From assembly GCA_016219025.1 (NCBI GenBank), contig JACRCM010000163.1, forward strand, positions 329 to 64,328: DNA of 64,000 nucleotides, in the 5' to 3' direction. Position 1 is the first letter of the stretch. Every line of letters starts with the position of its first letter. This DNA is from Deltaproteobacteria bacterium. Its GTDB lineage: Bacteria > Desulfobacterota > GWC2-55-46. This document shows positions 46,847 to 55,963 of this stretch, piece by piece. Below the pieces are notes generated by a model. It did not search any database and was not told the DNA's origin. It saw nothing but the letters and a program-made list of their open reading frames with translations. The translations under genes were made by a program, and so were the position numbers.

Positions 46847-48551
46847 GCTTGAATGCGTATACCGTCCCGAATCCCGCCTGAAGCGCGTCGTGCGTAATCA
46901 TTACCACGACGAGGGATTCGGAGAGCCTTTTTATGGTGGAGAGGAGTTCGGCCTTGCGCCCCTCGTCGAGTCCGGCGGTCACCTCGTCGAGTATGAGTAT
47001 GTCGGGCGCGGCGGTCAGCACCCGCGCTATGCCGAGCCGCCTCCTCTGTCCGCCTGAGAGGGACCTGCCGCCTTCGGCAATGACCGCGCCGAGCCCGCCC
47101 ATCTCCTCCACGAACTCCTCGGCCCCGGCCTGACGAAGGCGCTCGGCAAGCCATGCGTCGTCAACATGGGAGCCGAGCGACGCCGCAAGGTTTTCCCTCA
47201 CCGTGCCGTGGAAGAGGTGTATGTCCTGAGTAACATAGCCCACCTTGGGCCGGTATTCCAGAGAATTATATGCGTTGCCGGACTCCCCCACGTAGGAGAC
47301 CGCGCCTTCGGCGGGCCGGTATAGTCCGGCTATCAGGTTTGCGAGGGTCGTCTTCCCCGAACCCGAAGGCCCCATCATTATGAGCGGGCTCCCCACGAAG
47401 GCGCTCAAACTCATCCGTTTTACGCCCGCCTTTTCGTTATACATGTACGAAGCGTCCTTTACCTCTACGCCCCGTATCTTCTCCGGCACGGCCTTTTTAA
47501 CGGGTTCCTGGCGTATTGAGAAGAGGGCGTGGACCGGCGTTATCGACCCGGCGTAGCCCGTGAGGTTGCCGACGTTGGACGTGAGCTGGTTCAACTGGGC
47601 GAGCGCGCGCGCGCCTATCACGCCTACCCCGGCCATGACCGTCATCAACTCCTGGAGCCTTATGCCCTTGTGCGCGGCCCAGCCGTATCCGGCGGCAAGA
47701 ACTGCTACTGGCAGGAGGACGTTGAAGGCGTATATGACGGCGCGCAGGTTCCACCACCTGACCTCAAGCTGGGTGAGCCTTTTCTGATTCCTGAGCCCCT
47801 GCTCCACGTGATGGGCGGCGTTGCCCTCGACCTTTATCTGGAAGAGCCCGTGGAGCCTCTCCGTGACGTTCGCGTAGAACCCCTGGCGCTCGTCGACGAG
47901 TTTTTCCGCGGCCTTTGCCTGAAGGCTGAACAGACGCCTGAGCACGATGAGCACCGGCGCGCCTATTATGAGAAAGAGGATAGACACGTCGAGGCTGACG
48001 GTCAGCGCGATGATGGAGAGCACCAGCACGGTAAGGCCGCTGTATAGCGCCCGCGCGCCGGACATGAAGTATTTCGCCGCGTTGGACGCCTCTTCCGTGA
48101 CCGCGCCGACCCTCTCGCCGACCCTGATGGAGCGCAGCTCCTCCCAGTCCCCGGCCATTACGGACGAGAAGCCCTGCTCCTGGATGATCCTGCGCGCCGA
48201 CGCCTCGAAAAAGCCGTCCATGGCCGTGTACGCGAACATGAGGGCGACCCTCAGAAGAAAGAGCGCCATCAAGGCCATGTAGAGCGCGGCGTAATCCGGC
48301 GCGATGCCGAGGCCGGCAAGGACGCCGGTAACGAGGTCCATTACGGGCGCGCCGCTCTCAAGCGGGGTCTTGCCGGTCACGAGGTCTATGAGGAGGACGA
48401 GGCTCACGCCGTCAATGGCGGCGTTGAGCACGGCAAGCCCGTAGTAGACGGCGAGGGCCGCGCCGGTCCTGGCCTTCAGGAGCCTGCAACGCCGCGCTAT
48501 GAAGAGCGCCTGGTCCATGCGGAGGTCTTTAAGCATCAGACATTGTCCCAT
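46836..48551 (-). CDS. ABC exporter, fused permease and ATPase (MsbA-like); a likely glycan/lipid-linked intermediate exporter.
   Basis: Six-TM N-terminal half; Walker A GPSGSGKTT, signature LSGGQRRR, Walker B ILILDEVTAGLD. Confidence 0.8.
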   Translation of the reverse strand: MGQCLMLKDLRMDQALFIARRCRLLKARTGAALAVYYGLAVLNAAIDGVSLVLLIDLVTGKTPLESGAPVMDLVTGVLAGLGIAPDYAALYMALMALFLLRVALMFAYTAMDGFFEASARRIIQEQGFSSVMAGDWEELRSIRVGERVGAVTEEASNAAKYFMSGARALYSGLTVLVLSIIALTVSLDVSILFLIIGAPVLIVLRRLFSLQAKAAEKLVDERQGFYANVTERLHGLFQIKVEGNAAHHVEQGLRNQKRLTQLEVRWWNLRAVIYAFNVLLPVAVLAAGYGWAAHKGIRLQELMTVMAGVGVIGARALAQLNQLTSNVGNLTGYAGSITPVHALFSIRQEPVKKAVPEKIRGVEVKDASYMYNEKAGVKRMSLSAFVGSPLIMMGPSGSGKTTLANLIAGLYRPAEGAVSYVGESGNAYNSLEYRPKVGYVTQDIHLFHGTVRENLAASLGSHVDDAWLAERLRQAGAEEFVEEMGGLGAVIAEGGRSLSGGQRRRLGIARVLTAAPDILILDEVTAGLDEGRKAELLSTIKRLSESLVVVMITHDALQAGFGTVYAFKHER

Positions 48552-49990
48552 CCGTTTATTACGCCAGCTATCCGCTCCTGAACCCGTCCGTCGAACGCCG
48601 CGTGCCTTGCAAGCGCGGCCTCCGGCGGGCCGTCCAGCTTCATATCGAGCAGTCCCTCGACCTTCCGCTCGAATGCCTCGTAACCCTTGTCGGCGGAGTC
48701 GAGCTGAAAGCGTCCGTCCTCGCAGAGGCTCTCGTTGGCGCGGCCCGAGTAATTGACGAAGAGCGTCGGGACGCGCATCCTGAGCGCCTCGAAACCCATT
48801 GTCGACTGGAAGTTTATAGCGAGCCTCGCGGCGCGGACGTTCGCGTAGCTCTCTCCGGCGCCGGAATTCTCCAGTATCTCAATGGACTCTGAGAAGTGTT
48901 TTTTCAATATGGACAGCACGGCGTCCTTCCGGCCGCGATCGTCTCCGTACGGCCTCAGTTGATACGCTATGCGCAGCCCCTTATGCCGCGTTTTGAACCT
49001 GTTCAGATACGAAAGCGTAATCTCTTCCGAGACGGCAACGTCCGGGGCGAGGCCGCCGTAATGCGGAGGCGCGAGCGTGCCGTTGTCGATGTAGACGATA
49101 TCGTATTCGCCGAGGTGGACTCCCTTGAGCCTCTCGTAATGGAGGTTGAGCGAGAGCGAGCCGGCCGGGTATATGCTCCGCGCGTGGTATCTCATGGGCT
49201 TCAAGAGGTCCGCATAGAATCTTCCGAAGACGAAGTATGCGTCCACCATGCCGAATGCCCAGCTTGGATGATACCCTCGCTCGCCGTTTTGCACGGCGAT
49301 AAGCCTCTTGCCGCCGTTTTGCCTGAAGGCGATATAGCGCGCCGGGTGGTTAGAGTCGTCGGCGTATGTAACGAAGCGCTCGCACGGGTAACGCTTGAAG
49401 TAGCCGTCGAACGCGGCATAGATATTGAGGGCGTTCCTGTAAGCCCGCATTATATCCAGCCCGCTTGTAAGGCGGAAGATATGGAGGGCGATCCATGCGA
49501 ACGGACAGATTAGAAAGAGCAGGAGCGAGCGCCTGGACATGCTCGCGTCCGCCGGCTCCGTCGTGTAAAAGCCGTTGATATTGCCCCGGTATCTCGGCGT
49601 CACGCGCTTGGTTCCGGCGAGTCTGCCGTAGATGACCGCGTAGCGCGTCCAGAAGTATTCCTCGTCCGGCGTATCCACGCTGTACCGCGTCGCGGCCTCC
49701 CTTCTCCAGAAGAGTTTCTTCGACGCGATGAGATGGAACGGCAGGAGCAGGACGCCGAGATGCGTCTTCGCTGCCCCTTCATGGACGCGCTGCGACGAGG
49801 CTATGCTGGAGGCGTATATCTTCTTTATCAGGAAGTCGAGTTCGTCCTCGGCGCACCGCGTATAAAACCTGAGCGCCCGGAAGATGAACTTGGACCTGTG
49901 CCTCTCGGCGAACTCCTCGGCCTCATCAACGAACGCGATCCTTGGGTCTTTAGCAGGCTGCTGAAAAACGCCCATCTGCCTCGTCGTCAT
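48536..49990 (-). CDS. Hypothetical protein, possibly a GT-B-like glycosyl/ulosonic-acid transferase. Its N-terminal 15 codons and ATG lie inside a family-1 repeat element.
   Basis: No confident family assignment. C-terminal half has alternating beta-alpha character with an HP-containing segment (SNHPARY) and STMGFEAL...VPT. Confidence 0.35.
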   Translation of the reverse strand: MTTRQMGVFQQPAKDPRIAFVDEAEEFAERHRSKFIFRALRFYTRCAEDELDFLIKKIYASSIASSQRVHEGAAKTHLGVLLLPFHLIASKKLFWRREAATRYSVDTPDEEYFWTRYAVIYGRLAGTKRVTPRYRGNINGFYTTEPADASMSRRSLLLFLICPFAWIALHIFRLTSGLDIMRAYRNALNIYAAFDGYFKRYPCERFVTYADDSNHPARYIAFRQNGGKRLIAVQNGERGYHPSWAFGMVDAYFVFGRFYADLLKPMRYHARSIYPAGSLSLNLHYERLKGVHLGEYDIVYIDNGTLAPPHYGGLAPDVAVSEEITLSYLNRFKTRHKGLRIAYQLRPYGDDRGRKDAVLSILKKHFSESIEILENSGAGESYANVRAARLAINFQSTMGFEALRMRVPTLFVNYSGRANESLCEDGRFQLDSADKGYEAFERKVEGLLDMKLDGPPEAALARHAAFDGRVQERIAGVINGWDNV

Positions 49991-50032
49991 CGCCGCTCCT
50001 CGACGCCTCGCATCTGGACGTTTTTGAGCAGC
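49954..50032. repeat. MITE-like repeat family 1, internally deleted copy, overlapping the annotated start of the 484-aa ORF.
   Basis: CAGGCTGCTGAAAAACGCCC...TCGCCGCTCCTCGACGCCTCGCATCTGGACGTTTTTGAGCAG matches the ends of the 9371-9563 and 57041-57163 copies. Confidence 0.6.
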
Positions 50033-50062
50033 ATGCCTAAATTTGAGTTTTTCAACGATCTG

Positions 50063-51310
50063 TTAGCTGACAAGGGTTTTACCCCTCCCTGGCGCATCCC
50101 TCAGGTGTTGGGCGACTATCTCCCACGTCGTCGCATCGGAGGCGGCGCGGGATTTTACGTATTGATATTTGTAAGCCTCGAACCGCTTTCCCTTATGAGC
50201 CGAGGGGGCGAGGCTCAACCTGTCCGTGGCCGAGGCGTCGTCAATATTAACGGAGACGACGCCGAGGGCGGCGGCCATCGCGTCGATCAGGCCGTCGGCC
50301 CTCCGCTCCACCATCTCTTGCGTCTTGGCAAGGATGAGGGGTTTGTCGAACAGGACGGCGAAACTCACGGCGGTGCTTGAGTGCGCCACAACCATCGAAC
50401 TCCTCGCTGCGAGTTCGATGGTCTTGCCCTTTATCATTTCCCTGTTGCCGAAGGCGTTCGGCGTGTCTTCATAGTTTGCACGCGGGTGCGCCGCTATGAC
50501 GACCCTGAGCCCGGTCTTTTTTTCGATCATGTCGAAGAAGGCGTTCATGGATTTGAAATAACGCTCCTCTCCTATTGGCCTTATGCCGAGTATGGCAAAG
50601 TCCGGGTGTCTTGTGGCGGCCTCGTCAATGAAGACGCATATACGCTCGGAGCGCGGGGCGTTGAAGCCGATGCCGCGCATGTAACCGAGGTAGGCGTCAT
50701 GATCGAACGAGTGGATGGGCACGACGCAGGACCTGTCCATGCCGCTCCATGCGAGATACCGCTCAAGCGTGCCGGATTCGCCGGAGAAGATGCCCGCGGG
50801 CAGCGGGTATGCAATGGCGCGTCTCGTGAGGACGCGGATGACCCTTCTTGCGAGAAACCCCAACAGCTTTTTCGGGTCCGCCGCCCTGCGAAGCCTCATG
50901 GATAGGCGTCTTCCCGGCCCGGGTTCCGCGTCGATGCCGCTATAGGGCAGGGGGCCGCTTGAGACGATATAGTATCTTGCCCCGTGTATTTTAAGAAGTC
51001 TGTATACGCGCTCGGTGGGGTAGTCTATGCCGTTCGGCCCGGTTAGATAGTCCATGAAGGCCGCGCAGGGGGCGGCCTCTTTTATGCCCGCGTCGAGGCC
51101 GCGGTAGGACGCGAACCTTTGCGCATAGCCGCCGTCAACGGCTTCTTTCAAGACGGACGGGTGCCTCCGCAGCGCGTCTTTATTCAAGAGCATGGAGAGG
51201 TCGAAGACCCTGACCCCGAAGCCCGCGCCCTTGAGATACTCAAGGCCGAACTTTGAGACGTCCCGCGCCGTTATCGGCCATGGCACCATGAATATTATCT
51301 CGTCTACCAA
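50063..51310 (-). CDS. Hypothetical protein, possible GT-B-like transferase (candidate nonulosonic/ulosonic acid transferase).
   Basis: The HP motif segment VVIAAHPRANYED, then SSTAVSFAVLFDKPLI, resembles the two-motif pattern of bacterial sialyl/Kdo-transferase-like GT-B enzymes. The fold assignment is unverified. Confidence 0.35.
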   Translation of the reverse strand: MVDEIIFMVPWPITARDVSKFGLEYLKGAGFGVRVFDLSMLLNKDALRRHPSVLKEAVDGGYAQRFASYRGLDAGIKEAAPCAAFMDYLTGPNGIDYPTERVYRLLKIHGARYYIVSSGPLPYSGIDAEPGPGRRLSMRLRRAADPKKLLGFLARRVIRVLTRRAIAYPLPAGIFSGESGTLERYLAWSGMDRSCVVPIHSFDHDAYLGYMRGIGFNAPRSERICVFIDEAATRHPDFAILGIRPIGEERYFKSMNAFFDMIEKKTGLRVVIAAHPRANYEDTPNAFGNREMIKGKTIELAARSSMVVAHSSTAVSFAVLFDKPLILAKTQEMVERRADGLIDAMAAALGVVSVNIDDASATDRLSLAPSAHKGKRFEAYKYQYVKSRAASDATTWEIVAQHLRDAPGRGKTLVS

Positions 51311-52119
51311 GCCGTCAAACCGCCGTCTACGATGATGTTCTGGCCATTTACGTAGGATGAGGCGTCGGAGGCCAGGAATAAGAGCGCCCCGGCCATCTCC
51401 TCGGGCAGGGCCATGCGCCCCATCGGAACCCTTGCGCTGTATTTTTCCGCGAACACGCTGTTCTGTCCGGAGGAGACGCCTCCGGGGGTGAGGGTATTCG
51501 TCCTAACGCCCTTTGCGCCCCAGTACGCGGCCAGATACTTCGTCATGGCTATGACCGCGACCTTAGTCGCCGAATATATGAGCGGCGTGTTTATCGCGCC
51601 TCCGAGTTCCTCATACCACGAGCCCTCATAGATGCGCTGGTCGGGCGCCGCCACCCCGTAGATGGAGCTTATGTTGACGATGCTTCCCTTGCCCCGTTCC
51701 GCCATTGACGGCCCAAGCTCGCGGACGGCCAGGAATATCCCCGTCACGTTGACCGCCATGACGCGGTTCCAGTCTTCGACCTTGAATTTATCGAGCGGCG
51801 CGAAGAACCCCGGGGACTTCGTGGCCGCGTTGTTGACGAGCACGTCAACATGCCCGTATTTATCGAGGATGCGCTTAGCCCATGCCTTTACCGACGCCTC
51901 ATTGGAGAGGTCGACTGAGAGCCCGACGGCCTCGATCCCGGTTGAGGTTGTTATCTCCGAGGCCAATTTATCGCATCTGCCCGCGTCGATGTCTGCCGCC
52001 ACCACTTGCGCCCCGGCCTCGGCCAGCCGTAGGCAGTAGAGGCTTCCGAGTATGCCCGCGCCGCCCGTGACGACCGCGACCCTGTCCTTGAGACTGAATC
52101 TATCCAATGCGTTCGTCAT
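51304..52119 (-). CDS. Short-chain dehydrogenase/reductase (classical SDR), PtmA-like.
   Basis: TGGAGILG cofactor motif, NNAA, and S...YxxxK (SSIYG...YSATK). Confidence 0.8.
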   Translation of the reverse strand: MTNALDRFSLKDRVAVVTGGAGILGSLYCLRLAEAGAQVVAADIDAGRCDKLASEITTSTGIEAVGLSVDLSNEASVKAWAKRILDKYGHVDVLVNNAATKSPGFFAPLDKFKVEDWNRVMAVNVTGIFLAVRELGPSMAERGKGSIVNISSIYGVAAPDQRIYEGSWYEELGGAINTPLIYSATKVAVIAMTKYLAAYWGAKGVRTNTLTPGGVSSGQNSVFAEKYSARVPMGRMALPEEMAGALLFLASDASSYVNGQNIIVDGGLTAW

Positions 52120-52895
52120 AAGATGTCCTTGTAAAGGGCGTTGCGCCTGTCGGTCTTCAAGGGGAAGGATGCCCTGTATTTTTTGACCGCGTCAACTTCT
52201 ATCGCCGCGCTTACGATGCCCTCCTTGCCGCTCAATTCCTGAATTATATTGCCCTCGGGATCGACGAGCATGGAGTCGCCCGAATAATGCTCTGCGCCGA
52301 TGTCGCCCGCGCAGTTCACGCCCGCCACGTAACATTGGTTCTCGATGGCGCGCGCCGCGAGGAGCGTCCTCCAGTGCGCCGCCCTTGCGCCGGGCCAGTT
52401 CGCAGCGACGACAATAAGGTGGGCCTCTCTTGAGGCGGCCTGAAAGACCTCTGGGAATCTGAGGTCATAGCAGATGAACGTGGAGACGTTGAAGCCGCCG
52501 AGGCTGAAGCGGCAGAGCGCGTCCCCGGGGGCGAAGAACCTCTCCTCGTTGGCGAATGAAAACGGGTGGAGTTTCACGTAGTCGGACAGGACGTCTCCAG
52601 TGCGCGAGACGACGGTGTAGTGGTTCTTTGCCCGTCCCTCGAACGCCTCCACCCAGCCGAAGCCGATGGCCGTCTTGCAGCCCTTTGCAATCTCCGCCAT
52701 GCGCCCGGCGGACCCCCTGTCAGGCTCGGCGGTCTTGCCGATGTTCATTGAGAAGCCCGTAAGGGTCATCTCAGGGAAGCAGACGAGTCCGGCCCCGGCC
52801 CCGGCGGCCTCGCGCGCGAACCCTTCGGCCCTGGCGAGGTTCGCCTCTTTATCCTCCCAGGCTATGTCAAGCTGAACGAGGGCTACCTTCATCAA
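52116..52895 (-). CDS. Carbon-nitrogen hydrolase (nitrilase superfamily).
   Basis: The E-K-C triad context is present: FPEMTLTG, a lysine within the sequence HPFSFANEERFF following VKLHPF, and ICYDLRFPE (catalytic Cys). Confidence 0.75.
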   Translation of the reverse strand: MMKVALVQLDIAWEDKEANLARAEGFAREAAGAGAGLVCFPEMTLTGFSMNIGKTAEPDRGSAGRMAEIAKGCKTAIGFGWVEAFEGRAKNHYTVVSRTGDVLSDYVKLHPFSFANEERFFAPGDALCRFSLGGFNVSTFICYDLRFPEVFQAASREAHLIVVAANWPGARAAHWRTLLAARAIENQCYVAGVNCAGDIGAEHYSGDSMLVDPEGNIIQELSGKEGIVSAAIEVDAVKKYRASFPLKTDRRNALYKDIL

Positions 52896-54946
52896 TTCCG
52901 CTTCCTGAACACAGGTTTTATCGCCCGCCCCGAAAGGTATTTTTCCACGCCTTCGTCAAGCGCCTTTTTATAGACCGAAAGGCTCTTCCTGCCGGCCTCA
53001 AGCGCCATTGTGATTTCGTTGTCCTGATGCGCGTAAGCGACGGCGACCCACGGCATGAGGACGCCGTTCTTTATCATCTCTTGAACGAAGAGCGTCCTGA
53101 ATTCGAGCGAGACCTGTTTGTTTTTGCCCATGGTGATGAAGTTAGGGGAGCAGGGCAGTCCTACGAATTGAAAATAATCCGATATCCCCATCTCCGCCGC
53201 TATCGCGTTCATGCCGTCAACGAGCCTCTTGCCTGAGCGCCATATCCCGCCTATTACGTCAAGTTCCTGATAGACCTTGAGGGTCTCGACGAACGCGCCG
53301 AGGCCGCACATCTCGGCCCCGTGCGTCGTTGATATGAGAAATACCCGTTCTCCCTCGTGGCGGATGCCGCCAAGTTCCATTATCTCTCTCCTGCCCCCGA
53401 GCGCGGCCACGGAAAATCCATTGGCCATGCCCTTGCCGTAGGTGACGAGGTCGGGCGCGGCCCCGTAATGCTTTGCCGCGCCCTGTATGTGCCAGCGGAA
53501 ACCCGTTATCATCTCGTCGAGTATGAATACGGTCTTATGTTTAACGCACAGCTCCTTTATCTTTTGAAGGAACCCGCCCTTCGGTTCTTCGGTGGTGGCA
53601 GGCTCCAATATGACGGCGGCGATGTCATCCGGGTGCGCCTCGAAGAGCGCCTCAAGAGAGGCGATTGAGTTATAGGTGAAATCGAGCGTCAGGCCCCTGT
53701 ATTCCTCCGGCACCCCAGCGTTCATTACCGTCGAGCCGATGAACCAGTCGTCGAACGAGAAGAACGGGTGCTGGCCGCACTTGGCGACAAGGCGTCTGCC
53801 CGTGTATGCGCGGCTGAGTTTCACCGCGGCGGTGGTGACGTTCGAGCCGTTCTTTGCGAACTTGACCATCTCGACCCACGGTATGAGCGAGCAGAGCGCC
53901 TCGGCGGCCTCCACCTCTATCTTCGAGGCCCGCGTGAGGTTGTTGCCGTTCCGTATCTGCGCTATGGCCGCGTTAGATATCCGCTCGTAATCGTAGCCCA
54001 CCGTGACGGCGCGCAGGGCCATGCCGAAGTCGAGGAACCTGTTGCCTTCGAGGTCCCAGACGAATGCGTCCTTGCCGCGTTCCAGCACCGGCGGCGCGTT
54101 CTCCGGGTACCCGTCGTCGGCCCTGCTGTATGTGTGCGCGCCCGCCGGGATGAATTCGTGCGCCTTCTTCTGATATTCCTTGTTAAGCCCCATGCCGCCC
54201 TCTCTTTCAACGTTCTTTCGGAAGTTCGTCCAATATTCCACCGCGACCTTCGAGTTTATCTCGTAGAGGCGCTTGGAGAGAACTCCGTTTACTATCTCCT
54301 CGTCCGGCGCCGCGTCAATCCTCTCGCCGAGGTCTTCGATCACCGCCTTGAAAAACGCGAAGTCCTCGTCATAATCGAGCGTGAACCTGAGCCGGTCGTC
54401 GCCAACCGCGAGCGGGATATCGATTGTTTCAAGCGCCGCCCCGTTGAATATCCTGCCCCATCCCGTCTCAAGCGCGGCGTTCGCGCGCCCTTCAAGCGAC
54501 CGTTCGAGGAACGCCCTGGCGTAGCCGAACGAATTCATGCCGAAGGGCAGCCCTTCCGTCTTTACATGCCCGGCCCCCTTGCGCAGCGCGTCGTATACGA
54601 GCCTCACGCCCCTTGCCGAGCAGAGCACGTCGTCGCCGTCGACCGAGACGATATTGCCGAGGCCGAGTTTGCGCGCCGCCTGAAGATGGCGAAGCGGTAT
54701 GTTGTTTATCGAGCCGTAAAATACGGAGACGCCCTTGTCCGCAAGCGCCTCGAACGCCCTGTTCTCCTCTTCCGTGGTCGTGGCTATCACTATTACGGCG
54801 GAGCCGTCCGCTATCTCCTTTTGGAACTCCCGCGCCATTCTCCCTATCAGGTAGGAGAGGAGCGGGCTTCCGTTTACCTGAAGCAGGTGTTTCTGTTTAA
54901 GCCGCGTGGAGCCGAGCCTCGCGGTTATCAGGATGCCGGTTTTCAT
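52892..54946 (-). CDS. Fusion protein: an N-terminal CTP_transf_3-type cytidylyltransferase (SpsF/NeuA family, candidate CMP-nonulosonate synthetase) joined to a C-terminal class III PLP aminotransferase (glutamate-1-semialdehyde aminomutase-like).
   Basis: N-terminus MKTGILITARLGSTRLKQKHL matches the ARxGSxRLPxK motif of SpsF-like enzymes. The C-terminal half has DFGMALRAVTVGYD, ILEP...GG, and LDEMITGFRWHIQGAAKHYGAAPDLVTYGKGMANG (PLP-lysine region). Start at MKTG overlaps the upstream stop as ATGA. Confidence 0.7.
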   Translation of the reverse strand: MKTGILITARLGSTRLKQKHLLQVNGSPLLSYLIGRMAREFQKEIADGSAVIVIATTTEEENRAFEALADKGVSVFYGSINNIPLRHLQAARKLGLGNIVSVDGDDVLCSARGVRLVYDALRKGAGHVKTEGLPFGMNSFGYARAFLERSLEGRANAALETGWGRIFNGAALETIDIPLAVGDDRLRFTLDYDEDFAFFKAVIEDLGERIDAAPDEEIVNGVLSKRLYEINSKVAVEYWTNFRKNVEREGGMGLNKEYQKKAHEFIPAGAHTYSRADDGYPENAPPVLERGKDAFVWDLEGNRFLDFGMALRAVTVGYDYERISNAAIAQIRNGNNLTRASKIEVEAAEALCSLIPWVEMVKFAKNGSNVTTAAVKLSRAYTGRRLVAKCGQHPFFSFDDWFIGSTVMNAGVPEEYRGLTLDFTYNSIASLEALFEAHPDDIAAVILEPATTEEPKGGFLQKIKELCVKHKTVFILDEMITGFRWHIQGAAKHYGAAPDLVTYGKGMANGFSVAALGGRREIMELGGIRHEGERVFLISTTHGAEMCGLGAFVETLKVYQELDVIGGIWRSGKRLVDGMNAIAAEMGISDYFQFVGLPCSPNFITMGKNKQVSLEFRTLFVQEMIKNGVLMPWVAVAYAHQDNEITMALEAGRKSLSVYKKALDEGVEKYLSGRAIKPVFRKRN

Positions 54947-55959
54947 CCCTCGAACCCCACAAACCTCCCAGTGCGGTCCGACTCCTCTATGGCGTAGAGG
55001 AGTTTGAGCACCCTGTGGTCGTTCTCCATAGTGTTGAGGAACGGTCTCTTGCCTTCGATTGCCTCGACGAAGTTCCTTACCTCGTCTATGTACATGTTCT
55101 CGCCGATGTTCGGGTTGTAGCCCGGCTCCGCGCCCTTCATTTCGTAGCCGAACTCCTCCCACGCGGGGCTTGCCGGGTCGTATAACTTCACGCGGTTTAC
55201 GTCCCAGTCCCAGAGGAGCTGTTTTTTATCGCCGTTTACGAGGAGCCTCCTTACGGCGCGGCGCGACACCACGTCGACGGTGACGGACGCGAGAAACCCG
55301 TCGTAGTCGAGGAGGAAGTTATAGGTGTCGTCTATGGAAGGCGCGCCTGCTATCTCTATCGTCTTTCTGAAGTTTCCGCAGACGCGCTTGGGAAAGCCGA
55401 ATACCCGCGTAAGCCACGACATCTCGAACGGTACTATCTCCCTGCCCCCGCCGGTCGCCGGGTTTGAGACGTAGTAATCGCCCACGGCCTCGTACGTATG
55501 CCAGTCCGGCAGGTATTGGCCGGAATGGAGGATGACGTTGGACACCTTGCCCAGGGCATTGGTCTCGATTATCTCGGATATCTTTTTTATCGCCGGATGA
55601 TACAGGAGCGTCGCCGAGGGCGCGGCCACGATGCGCGAGGCGGCCAGGGCCTTCTTTATCTCATCCATGTCCGTGTCGACCACGGACGCCTCGACGAAGA
55701 AGGGTATCCTGTTCTTTATGGCCTCCTTCATATAGACGTGGTGCGCGTCGGGCGGCACGCTTATGATGAACGCGCCGGGCCGGGCGTCCCTCATGGCCTC
55801 GCCGAACGAGGCGAAGGTCTTGACGCCGTATCTCCCGGCGGCCTCGGCGCGTCTGTCTTCTCTCGCGTCGAACCCGAAGACCTCGGCGTGGCCGAGGCCG
55901 CGCAGGCACCTGATGCGTCTTTTTCCCATGGAGCCTAAACCTATTACGAGGAACCTCAT
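54943..55959 (-). CDS. Gfo/Idh/MocA-family oxidoreductase.
   Basis: MRFLVIGLGSMGKRR Rossmann N-terminus. Start chosen to avoid overlap with the upstream gene. Confidence 0.7.
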   Translation of the reverse strand: MRFLVIGLGSMGKRRIRCLRGLGHAEVFGFDAREDRRAEAAGRYGVKTFASFGEAMRDARPGAFIISVPPDAHHVYMKEAIKNRIPFFVEASVVDTDMDEIKKALAASRIVAAPSATLLYHPAIKKISEIIETNALGKVSNVILHSGQYLPDWHTYEAVGDYYVSNPATGGGREIVPFEMSWLTRVFGFPKRVCGNFRKTIEIAGAPSIDDTYNFLLDYDGFLASVTVDVVSRRAVRRLLVNGDKKQLLWDWDVNRVKLYDPASPAWEEFGYEMKGAEPGYNPNIGENMYIDEVRNFVEAIEGKRPFLNTMENDHRVLKLLYAIEESDRTGRFVGFEG

Positions 55960-55963
55960 CCCG

